Shown: positions 47,617 to 56,195 of the stretch, piece by piece | Layout of the letters: the number at the start of each line of letters is the position of its first letter | Numbering within the stretch: the stretch's first letter is position 1 | DNA from: an uncultured Gammaproteobacteria bacterium | GTDB taxonomy: Bacteria > Pseudomonadota > Gammaproteobacteria > Arenicellales > JAANXG01 | DNA length: 64,000 bases | Assembly: GCA_945787105.1 (NCBI GenBank) | Contig: CALZGZ010000105.1 | Span: forward strand, 19,730 to 83,729 | Direction of reading: 5' to 3' | Notes under the pieces: generated by a model | Told to the model about the DNA's origin: nothing | Database searches by the model: none | What the model saw: the letters and a program-made list of their open reading frames with translations, nothing else | Program-made: the position numbers and the translations under genes

Positions 47617-48390
47617 TTACTGATATGTTCCAGGAAGAACGACAACGCTCGGATCCAAGGCACGATAGCTGGTGACGATGTTCAAGTGGGTTCTGTTGTC
47701 GACACCCTCGCGCACCGGTATCTTCTCACCGCCGTGCTCGAATACGAAGTCTTCGACCGCCTTGATTTCCAGAAAATAGCCCGGACAAATGACGCCTGCG
47801 GTCAGGGCGCTGGCCATGGACACATTGCATTCCGTGGGCACATAGATATCGGCATCGAATAGCTCTTCGACCTCTTCCAGGCTGCTCTCTGGGTTTTCAG
47901 TCAACCAGTGCAGGTGGGTGTAGCTCCCCGGCTGCGGGATCATGCTGCGGGTGCCGCGCAGTCCGCCGTCGTCATCGACACGCGGACCGATCATCCATAC
48001 CGGATGGTCATGGAAGTGGTACAAAAACATCGCCTCGCACCCATTCACCTCCTTGATACAGGGTTTGGCCTTAATGGTCCAGTCGGCAAAGCAGCCCTCA
48101 TCATAATGGTCCTGTGTGGTGCAATGCTTGGCGATGAGATCGCCGTCGTCGGTGTACTCCTCGGTCCAGTAGATATAGAAATAACCCTGGAGATCGCCGT
48201 TTTCTGCAACCGGGTCTCCTGATGGGTATCGATATGATTGCCGAATAAGAAGGCGTAAGGCGGCGCGTGATCTCGCCACTCACGCCCGTCGCCGCTACTG
48301 CTGTCGTCACTGTTGTTGCCGTCCTTGGCGACCGCAACGCCCGACAAGGCCATCGCCATGATGGTGAAAAATTAATGTGAGTTTTTGCAT
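47617..48390 (-). pseudogene. Cys/His-rich secreted protein interrupted by two compensating 1-nt frameshifts
   Basis: A GGAG sequence precedes the ATG at 48390, which opens frame 0 ('MQKLTLIF...') but stops after 27 codons. Frame 2 (48045..48359) continues 'IMAMALSGVAVAKDGNN...FGNHIDTHQETRLQK'. Frame 0 resumes with 'NGDLQGYFYIYWTEEY...'. The breaks map to the A5 run at 48367-48371 and the T4 run at 48200-48203. Confidence 0.55.
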
Positions 48391-48515
48391 CGTCGCTCCC
48401 CAGAGCATGGTTGTATATGGTGGCGCGTATTGTTGGGATTGACGTCAACAAAACCTAGTGTTTGTATCAGTTTTAGAATGTGATCCAGGTCAAAAATAAA
48501 GAAAAAAGAGGGGGA

Positions 48516-50684
48516 TCAAAGGCCAAACCGGTATCGAAGATGCATGCCGGTATACAAGTTTCGATCCGGGGCGGGTTCAAAGTAGCGGCCACCGAACGCG
48601 TTGATGCGCACATTGGCGGCATAGGCCGCGTCGAACAGGTTATTTACGCCGAGATACAGCGTCCATTCCCAGTTATCGTGATCGCCTGCATAACCTGCCT
48701 TGGCGTTGGAAACGGTATAGGAATCGTTCTTTTCGCTGTTGGCGTTGTCGACATAAAAATCGCCGACGTGAAGCAACTCCCAGTCGGCGAAAAACCCCCG
48801 GCGCTGATACGAGAGGTCAGCATGCAGCAGATGCTTTGGAACACCTGGGATCCGGTTACCATCAAACACACTGCCCTGACTATCTGCAAAGCGGTCGAAC
48901 ACGAAGTCCGAATAGGTGTAGCTCACCGATGCGCTCAAGTGGGGCGTGACCGGAGCCGATAAGGTGAGTTCAACGCCGTCGCGGGTCGATTCACCCGCGT
49001 TGACGAAAAAAGTGCGGCCGGGTTGTGTTGCGACTTCAAACGGGATCAGCTCGTCTTTGATGTCGATGTGAAACAGCGCGGCCTCATAACGGATCCCGCT
49101 CGCTATGGTTCCTTTTATTCCAAGTTCATAGTTGGTGGCCGTTTGCGGCTCGAGCTTCGGGTTGAATCCGCCTTGACCGGATGGATTTGCAAACTCCGCT
49201 GTCGTTGGGGTCTCGAAGGAAGTTGACACGTTGGCGTATAGGTTCGTCCGCGGCGATAAATCGTAGACGATTCCGATCATCGGGCTCACTTGCTCGATGA
49301 TGCGCTGGCCCGAGTCATCGCCGTTGGTCAAGAACCGGTCGTCGACGTCAAACTCGATCCTGTCGTAGCGGGCACCCACAAACAGATCGAGTTGTTCCGT
49401 TGCGCTGAGCTCACTGCGCACGAACGCCCCGGCGCCGGTCACCGTTTCTTTCTGGTCGAAAGCCAGCGCCCCGAGAACCCCCTGATTATTGTCGAACCTT
49501 CGGCGATCATCATTCTGCTTATCGAGATCGATACCTGCGACCAGCCGGTTATTCAATCCCATTATGTCGCCGTCATGGGTATACAACACGCCACCACCGA
49601 GAAAAAATCGATCCAGTCGCACTGCGCCTCCGCCCGCGAACGGTAATCGGTTCTCAAAATCACGCCACACGTAATAATTCCGGACAGTCAGTTTGCGGTG
49701 GTTATCAAACATCTTGTTGTATACAAAGCTGAGTTTCTCTTGCTCGACTTGCTCGCCGGCATCGAAGATGACGTTGCGCTGACTTGCTTGCGTCGGATCA
49801 ACATTCATCTCGTCACGGGTCAACGCCCCCGGATCCTGAGCAACCGGTGAGTCGGTCAAATTCACCAAAGCGACCAGCTTAGAACTTTCATCAATCAAGA
49901 AGCGTACCTTTGAGTTGAACAGCTTATTCTCGACCTGGCTGTGATCGCGATAGCCGTCCAATTCCAGTCGCGACCCGTTCGCTAGATAGTTGACGCTGCC
50001 ACGGTCGCCGGCGGCCTTGAGCTGGTATTTCCGATAACCGAAATCCCCCAACGCCGCGCCTGCGTCCACGAATGGCTGCAGCGGACCGTCTTCAGTGGTG
50101 ATGTTGATGACGCCGCCGGATGCGTTGCCCCACAGTGAGGAAGCGGGCCCTCTAATCACGTCGATCTGCTGGGTGGATCCCAGGTCAATGCTGTCCACCT
50201 GTCCTTGTCCGTCCGGTAATGTCTGCGGCACGCCGTCGACCAGGATCTTGATGCCGCGAATTCCAAAGTTTGCCCGCGCGCCAAAGCCACGCATGGAAAT
50301 CCGCAGGTCTTGCGCGAAATTGTAGCGATTCTGCATGAACAAACCGGGGACACCGGCCAGTGACTCGTCCAAACCAAGTTGCTGCGTGCCCCGCTGCATT
50401 TTATCTTGGTCGACTACCGAAATAGCGGCCGGCACCCGGTCTACGGGTGAGGCGATTCGGCCACCGGTAATGGTAATGACGATCGGCTCGTCCGCCGGTG
50501 GCGCGTTGTCCTGAGCAAGCCCCACGGAGGCGCACCAAAAACCTAGACCGAACAACAACGTTTGCGCCGTGTGTGTCGCTATCGGCGCGGCGCCGGGGTG
50601 ACGGCGACTACTGATTTGTCTTATTGCCTCCCCGCTGTGTGATTGACCGTTACCGTTGGTGATGTCTGCCCGTGTGGAAAACAA
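48516..50684 (-). CDS. TonB-dependent outer-membrane receptor
   Basis: 722 aa. Plug motifs 'DESLAGVPGLFMQNRYNFAQDLRISMRGFGAR' and 'IKILVDGVPQ', followed by a long beta-barrel region. Confidence 0.85.
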   Translation of the reverse strand: MFSTRADITNGNGQSHSGEAIRQISSRRHPGAAPIATHTAQTLLFGLGFWCASVGLAQDNAPPADEPIVITITGGRIASPVDRVPAAISVVDQDKMQRGTQQLGLDESLAGVPGLFMQNRYNFAQDLRISMRGFGARANFGIRGIKILVDGVPQTLPDGQGQVDSIDLGSTQQIDVIRGPASSLWGNASGGVINITTEDGPLQPFVDAGAALGDFGYRKYQLKAAGDRGSVNYLANGSRLELDGYRDHSQVENKLFNSKVRFLIDESSKLVALVNLTDSPVAQDPGALTRDEMNVDPTQASQRNVIFDAGEQVEQEKLSFVYNKMFDNHRKLTVRNYYVWRDFENRLPFAGGGAVRLDRFFLGGGVLYTHDGDIMGLNNRLVAGIDLDKQNDDRRRFDNNQGVLGALAFDQKETVTGAGAFVRSELSATEQLDLFVGARYDRIEFDVDDRFLTNGDDSGQRIIEQVSPMIGIVYDLSPRTNLYANVSTSFETPTTAEFANPSGQGGFNPKLEPQTATNYELGIKGTIASGIRYEAALFHIDIKDELIPFEVATQPGRTFFVNAGESTRDGVELTLSAPVTPHLSASVSYTYSDFVFDRFADSQGSVFDGNRIPGVPKHLLHADLSYQRRGFFADWELLHVGDFYVDNANSEKNDSYTVSNAKAGYAGDHDNWEWTLYLGVNNLFDAAYAANVRINAFGGRYFEPAPDRNLYTGMHLRYRFGL

Positions 50685-50851
50685 GATCGTAGATCTCCTG
50701 TGGCGGAATATGACGTGTTATGTTCTGTGCCACACTGCGCAGGCGACGGCAATTCGGATCGCCCACGCGGCGCATGTCGAGAACCGATTGCTTTCTATGA
50801 GCCGCTTATGCAATCACCGATATAGCGGAGGCACTCGCAGGCGCTTTCGGC

Positions 50852-51166
50852 CTACGGTGGCGTCTCGACACTGAGTTTAAGACTCGCGTAGTAGGCGGCG
50901 AGGTCTTCGATGTCCGCATCGGAAAGCTGTTGCGCGATGACCCCCATCACCGGATGGGCGCGTTCTCCGGAGCGGTACTTGGCGAGTTGGTCGCGCAGGT
51001 AGACCGCGACCTGTCCAGCGATGTGGGGTGCATCCGGTTGACGGCTCAGGCCATCCAATCCGTGGCAGGTGCGGCATGCTGTAGCCTTCTCCCGGCCCGC
51101 TGCCGGGTCACCGGCCTCGGCACCGCCCGGCCCGCCGATGGCCAACACCAACCACGCCAGCCGCAT
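50852..51166 (-). CDS. class I monoheme cytochrome c
   Basis: Signal 'MRLAWLVLAIGGPGGAEA', heme motif 'CRTCHG', and C-terminal 'DIEDLAAYYASL', which is paralogous in pattern to the 8556..8873 protein. The ORF track start at 51310 overlaps the upstream gene. Confidence 0.75.
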   Translation of the reverse strand: MRLAWLVLAIGGPGGAEAGDPAAGREKATACRTCHGLDGLSRQPDAPHIAGQVAVYLRDQLAKYRSGERAHPVMGVIAQQLSDADIEDLAAYYASLKLSVETPP

Positions 51167-51294
51167 CACGGATCTCAATCGCGGGTTTGTTTGTTTACTT
51201 CCACCCATGGGCCGATAACCGGAACGTTTGGCCACGAGAATGGAAAGCACCGCGCGAGCTCCGCAGTGCTTTCCGGTTCTCCTGTGCGATGCGC

Positions 51295-52551
51295 TCAGCC
51301 GTCGTACCAAATACGATAGATCGCGCCGGTGAGGTCATCCGAGACCAGAATCGAACCGTCGAGATACTGAATCACGTCAACAGGCCGACCGAAGTACTCG
51401 CCGGTGTCCTCATTCAACCAACCTGACGCAAAGACCTCGGTGGCCGCCGCGCTTCCGTCTTCGTTCAGCGGCGTGAACATGATCCGCGCGCCAATCGGTG
51501 TGGTGCGATTCCATGAACCATGCTGCGCGCTGAAGATGCCGCCTTGGTATTTTTTGGGAAACATCTTGCCGGTGTAAAACATCATCCCCAAATCCGCGGC
51601 GTGGGCCACCATTTCAACCTCCGGAAACACCGCGTCGGTGGGTGGCTCCGAGTCCTTGTACTCCGCGGTCCGTACGTTGCCGCCCCCATACCAGGGAAAG
51701 CCGAAATGTTGTCCCGGGCCGGTCACTCGGTTGAGTTCACCCGGGGGAATGTCGTCACCCATGCCGTCGACCTGATTGTCGGTGAACCACAGTTCACCGT
51801 TGGCCGGGTTGAAGGCAAGGCCGACGGAATTGCGGATGCCTTTGGCATAGACTTCCCAATTCTTGCCGTCACGGTCCATGCGCACGATAGCACCGACGCC
51901 GGCGCGGTCATATTTCTCCATTTTCTCCGGCGCAAACACATTGTACGGCTGTCCCTGAGCGACATAAAGCTTATTGTCCGGTCCAATGTCACACACCCGC
52001 GCCCCGTGGTTGAATGATTCTTCCTCCCTGGGGACTAGCGGCTCCTTGACGATACCCACTGCGACGTCGGGCCCTTCGTAGAAGAACTCCGCAGCTGGGA
52101 ACACCAGCAAGCGGTTGTGCTCGACAATATAAAGGAAGCCGTCTTTGCTAAAGCACATGCCGTTGGGGACCTTGAAGTCGATGCTCGGGGCGAAGCGTTT
52201 CACCTCGTCAGCGACACGATCCCGGTCCCGGTCAGTGACCGCCCACGCCGCAGTCTTGCGGGTGCCCACGAATACGGTGCCGACGTTGTTGCCCACCGCC
52301 ATGTGCCGGGCATCGGGAACGATGGCGTAAAGTCCGATCTTAAATCCACTCGGCAGCTTGATGCGCTCGAGAATGTTGCTGAGTGCTTCGGCCTGGGGGC
52401 CGGTTTGGGGCACGGTCTCCAACTCGAGCGCAGTGCCGGTGGCCTTAAAGTCCTGCAGCTTGTTGAGATTCTGGGCAGCGGCACTGGTCGCACCGGCGTT
52501 CATCAGCGCAACAACGCTGGCGTAGACTATTTGTTTGGTTGTAAATGGCAT
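51295..52551 (-). CDS. PQQ-dependent sugar (glucose/sorbosone-type) dehydrogenase, soluble beta-propeller
   Basis: A GGAGA Shine-Dalgarno sequence precedes the ATG at 52551, and there is a signal peptide. 'GLAFNPANGELWFTDNQVDGMGDDIPPGELN' and 'HFGFPWYGG' are typical of the GSDH family. Confidence 0.8.
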   Translation of the reverse strand: MPFTTKQIVYASVVALMNAGATSAAAQNLNKLQDFKATGTALELETVPQTGPQAEALSNILERIKLPSGFKIGLYAIVPDARHMAVGNNVGTVFVGTRKTAAWAVTDRDRDRVADEVKRFAPSIDFKVPNGMCFSKDGFLYIVEHNRLLVFPAAEFFYEGPDVAVGIVKEPLVPREEESFNHGARVCDIGPDNKLYVAQGQPYNVFAPEKMEKYDRAGVGAIVRMDRDGKNWEVYAKGIRNSVGLAFNPANGELWFTDNQVDGMGDDIPPGELNRVTGPGQHFGFPWYGGGNVRTAEYKDSEPPTDAVFPEVEMVAHAADLGMMFYTGKMFPKKYQGGIFSAQHGSWNRTTPIGARIMFTPLNEDGSAAATEVFASGWLNEDTGEYFGRPVDVIQYLDGSILVSDDLTGAIYRIWYDG

Positions 52552-52966
52552 GATCTCCTCTCTTATCCTTGGTGTGTAGGCCAAAGGTTTAATTGGTATT
52601 GGACGACTACAGGCATAATCCTACCGCGAATTGGGGTCATGCGGGACCGATTAATAGCGGGCTGATACGCCAGTTTTGGATGAAAGGTCTTAGATCCGGG
52701 GCGAACGGATAGCCACAGCGAGGATAGGGAATTCCGGCTCGCTGCACCGCAACAATCCGGCCGCCCCAGGGGGTGGTCGGTGTGTTGGCAGCGGGGATCG
52801 ACACGCCGCGGCCGTGGGCATGGCTTCCAGTCCCAAGGTGGCAAGAGTGAGTTATGAACCATCTTGTCGACATGGGCACAATCAGCTACGAATTGATTTT
52901 CATCAAGGAGTATGCGGTAAAGGCGACGCACACTTACCCCAGGTCCAATCATTACGAGATAAGCCG

Positions 52967-55378
52967 ATGCCGCGATTCGAACCATTGCCCATCGAGGCCT
53001 TGTACACCTCTTGTGACACAAGCCGGTTGCCGTTCAAGGACACCGCGGAGTTGGAAGAATTTGATGGCGTTATTGGTCAGCCACGCGCCCTAGGGGCGAT
53101 CCATTTCGGTACCGGTATCGACCGCGACGGGTTCAATATCTATGCGATGGGTTCGTCGGGAACCGGCCGTTTCACCATCGTCACGCGCATCCTGGAACAA
53201 CAGGCAGCCAAACGGGATGCGCCCTCGGACTGGTGTTACGTGTATAACTTCAAACAAACCCATAAACCCAAAGCGTTGCGCTTGCCGGCCGGACACGGCG
53301 TCACGCTGCGGTCCGATATGGAGCAACTGATTGAAGATCTGGGATCGGCAATCCCGTCGGCATTCGAAACCGAAGAATATCATTCTCGCATCGAGAAACT
53401 GGAACAGGAGTTGACCGAGCGGCGTGACAACGCACTGAATGAATTGGCAACAGAAGCCGGTCAACACAATGTTCGCTTCTTACACACGCCCGCCGGCTTT
53501 GCGTTTGCGCCGTTGGATAAGAAAGGCGAGGTGATCCGGCCGGAAACATTTGAAAAGTTGCCGCAAGACGAAAAACAAAGTATCGAGCAAACTGTCGAGG
53601 ACCTGCAGAAGAAATTACAACGGATTATTCGGCAGATTCCGATCTGGCAGAAAGAGACGCGGGAGAAGATGAAGGAGCTGGATCGCGAAATCGGACGTTA
53701 CGCGGTGGATCATTTGATCGGCCTCATCAAAGAGCATCACCAAGCTTTGCCTGAAGTGGTGGCCTACCTGGACGATGTCGAACACGATATCGTCGAACAT
53801 GTACGCGATTTTCGCGCGGAATCTGAACCGCAGCCGGTGTTGTTTGGCGTGGCCGCGAAACCTGAAGTGCTTCATCGTTACAACGTCAATGTCATTATTG
53901 ATCATGACGGTGAACAGGCGGCGCCGGTCGTATATCAGGACTTGCCCACACACTCCAATATGGTGGGACGTGTCGAATACCGGGCGCAGATGGGGACCTT
54001 GGTCACCGACTTCATGTTGATCAAGGCCGGTGATCTGCATCAGGCGAACGGCGGTTACTTGATCCTAGACGCGATTCGAGTGTTGACACAGCCTTTCGCG
54101 TGGGACAGCCTAAAGCGAGCGCTACGTTCGCGAGAGATTCGCATCGAGCCGCTCGAGAAGGCGTTGGGCTTCATGAGCACAGTGTCGCTCGAACCGGAAC
54201 CGATCCCATTGGATGTGAAGGTGGTTTTGATCGGGGAGCGTATCCTCTACTACCTGTTGTGCCAATTTGACCCGGAATTCTCGGATCTATTCAAGGTAGC
54301 CGCAGACTTCGAAGAGCGTATGGGTCGTGACCAGGATTCCAATCTCCAGTTTGCACACTTGCTCGGCCGTATTGCCAAACAGGAATCTTTGTTGTGTTTA
54401 GATCAAAGCGCGGTAGCGCGCATCATTGAACACAGTTCGCGACTCGCGGAAGATACAGAGAAGTTGTCCATTCATATGCGCGAAATCGTTGATATTATGC
54501 AGGAGGCGGATTTTCGCGCGCGCCAGGGCGGTCAAGAGATTATCTCCCGGGAACATGTGCAACGCGCGATCGACGATAAGATCTACAGGTTGGACCGCAT
54601 TCGAGACCACATCTATGAAGCAATTCGTCGGGGTACGCTTAAAATCGATACCGAGGGATCCAAGGTGGGTCAGATCAATGGTTTATCCGTCATTGATCTT
54701 GGTGGATTTTCTTTCGGACAGCCTGCCAGGATCACCGCAACCACGCGGCTGGGCTCGGGAAAGGTGATCGATATTCAACGTGAGACCGAGCTTGGTGGAA
54801 ACATTCACTCCAAGGGCGTACTGATATTGTCCAACTATCTCGCGTCGCATTACGCCAAAGGGCATCCACTGTCGATGTCAGCGAGTCTGGTATTCGAGCA
54901 ATCCTACGGATTGGTGGAGGGAGACAGCGCTTCCCTGGCGGAACTGTGCGCATTGCTTTCGGCATTGTCCGGCCTGGCAATCAACCAGTCGTTGGCGGTG
55001 ACCGGTTCCATTAACCAACTCGGCGAGGTGCAGGCAATCGGTGGAGTGAACCAGAAGATAGAAGGATTCTTTGATATCTGTCGGGCCGCTAAGTTAACCG
55101 GGCAACAAGCAGTGCTTATTCCGAAATCCAACGTGGCGCATCTGATGCTCCGTCACGACGTGGTCGTGGCAGTTGAGCGCGGCGACTTCAGAGTCTATGC
55201 AGTAGAGACCGTAGACGAAGCCATAGAGCTATTGACAGGCGTCACGGCGGGAGCCCGGGACCAGAAAGATGAATATCCTTCCGAGTCGGTAAACGGCAGA
55301 GTCGAAAAGACGCTCGTTGATTTAGCAACGCGACGCAGAGACTATGCGCGTGAACATCAAGAACGTGAACAACAGTGA
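52967..55378 (+). CDS. LonC-like protease: degenerate AAA (AAA_32-type) module with helical insertion plus Lon S16 protease domain
   Basis: The P-loop-like 'GSSGTGRFT' has Arg where Walker A Lys is expected. 'YLILDAIRV' lacks the Walker B Glu. A long coiled-coil insertion is present ('EEYHSRIEKLEQELTERRDNALNEL...'). The protease domain has 'GDSASLAELCALLSAL' (Ser) and 'IGGVNQKIEGF' (Lys). The start is taken at 'MPRFEPLPIEAL'. Confidence 0.8.
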   Translation: MPRFEPLPIEALYTSCDTSRLPFKDTAELEEFDGVIGQPRALGAIHFGTGIDRDGFNIYAMGSSGTGRFTIVTRILEQQAAKRDAPSDWCYVYNFKQTHKPKALRLPAGHGVTLRSDMEQLIEDLGSAIPSAFETEEYHSRIEKLEQELTERRDNALNELATEAGQHNVRFLHTPAGFAFAPLDKKGEVIRPETFEKLPQDEKQSIEQTVEDLQKKLQRIIRQIPIWQKETREKMKELDREIGRYAVDHLIGLIKEHHQALPEVVAYLDDVEHDIVEHVRDFRAESEPQPVLFGVAAKPEVLHRYNVNVIIDHDGEQAAPVVYQDLPTHSNMVGRVEYRAQMGTLVTDFMLIKAGDLHQANGGYLILDAIRVLTQPFAWDSLKRALRSREIRIEPLEKALGFMSTVSLEPEPIPLDVKVVLIGERILYYLLCQFDPEFSDLFKVAADFEERMGRDQDSNLQFAHLLGRIAKQESLLCLDQSAVARIIEHSSRLAEDTEKLSIHMREIVDIMQEADFRARQGGQEIISREHVQRAIDDKIYRLDRIRDHIYEAIRRGTLKIDTEGSKVGQINGLSVIDLGGFSFGQPARITATTRLGSGKVIDIQRETELGGNIHSKGVLILSNYLASHYAKGHPLSMSASLVFEQSYGLVEGDSASLAELCALLSALSGLAINQSLAVTGSINQLGEVQAIGGVNQKIEGFFDICRAAKLTGQQAVLIPKSNVAHLMLRHDVVVAVERGDFRVYAVETVDEAIELLTGVTAGARDQKDEYPSESVNGRVEKTLVDLATRRRDYAREHQEREQQ

Positions 55379-56175
55379 GCGACCCGAACACTAAAACCAA
55401 GACCCGGGTTACGGTAGTGATCGACACCTCCCGGGGGAGTCTCGATACCTTGAGGACGGCGGCGGACCTTGCGGCGCAGGTACAAGCGCACCTGGTGGCG
55501 CTGTTTATTGAGGACATCAACCTGTTTTCTCTTGCCGACTTGCCCTTTGCGAGGGAACTCGACCGCACCAGTGGCGCGACCCGGCCCCTTGATCGGAATG
55601 CGGTTACCGAGGCGTTACAAGCAGACGCCAAACGTATCCGTCAGTTGCTACAGACCGAGTCCGAGCAGCGTCAAATCATGACGTCACTGAAAGTGGTGCG
55701 GGGGCATTATGTCAGCGCGGCTATGGAAGCGGCAGAACAAACCGATGTTGTAATCCTGAGTAACGTTACCGGGGTCCGATTGCGGACAATCAATGCGGCC
55801 GAGCGGGCACGACCGTGGCCGAGAACTCGCGCCGGTGGCGCCAAACCGGTGTGGACCTTGTTCGATGGGTCTGCGGCGGCCGGCCGGGCGCTTGCGATGG
55901 CAAGGTATGTCAGCGAGCAGCGCGAGACAGAATTAGTGGTATTGATCGCAAACAAGGCTTTCAAGCGACTGGTCGGCCAGGCGAAAGATTTACTTGGAGA
56001 CACACCCGCGCGATACCAGCCAATTGCAGCGGTAGAAGCTAGGGAGATATTGAATGCGATGATAGCGGAAGGATCTAGCATGTTTTTTTGGCCGCGTGGG
56101 AAGTCATCGTTGTCCGATAAACTGCCCGCTTTTCTGTTGGATGAGCTTGTCTGTCCACTAGTCGTGGTTTCATGA
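55375..56175 (+). CDS. tandem universal-stress-protein-like (adenine-nucleotide alpha-hydrolase fold) protein
   Basis: 266 aa with two repeats of the USP-like pattern ('RVTVVIDTSRGSLDTLRTAADLA...HLVALFIED' and 'PVWTLFDGSAAAGRALAMARYVS...ELVVLIAN'). A GTGA overlap with the Lon-like stop lies at 55375-55378. This is a recognition-level call. Confidence 0.5.
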   Translation: MSDPNTKTKTRVTVVIDTSRGSLDTLRTAADLAAQVQAHLVALFIEDINLFSLADLPFARELDRTSGATRPLDRNAVTEALQADAKRIRQLLQTESEQRQIMTSLKVVRGHYVSAAMEAAEQTDVVILSNVTGVRLRTINAAERARPWPRTRAGGAKPVWTLFDGSAAAGRALAMARYVSEQRETELVVLIANKAFKRLVGQAKDLLGDTPARYQPIAAVEAREILNAMIAEGSSMFFWPRGKSSLSDKLPAFLLDELVCPLVVVS

Positions 56176-56195
56176 ACTACGAGTGAGTATGACTG

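Noticed and set aside
50685-50851. The region upstream of the TonB-dependent receptor, checked for a cobalamin or other riboswitch.
   Set aside because: I could not find a B12-box-like sequence or the conserved GGGAA/GCCACTG elements on the minus strand. Nothing supports a riboswitch, and a covariance-model scan would be needed to be sure.
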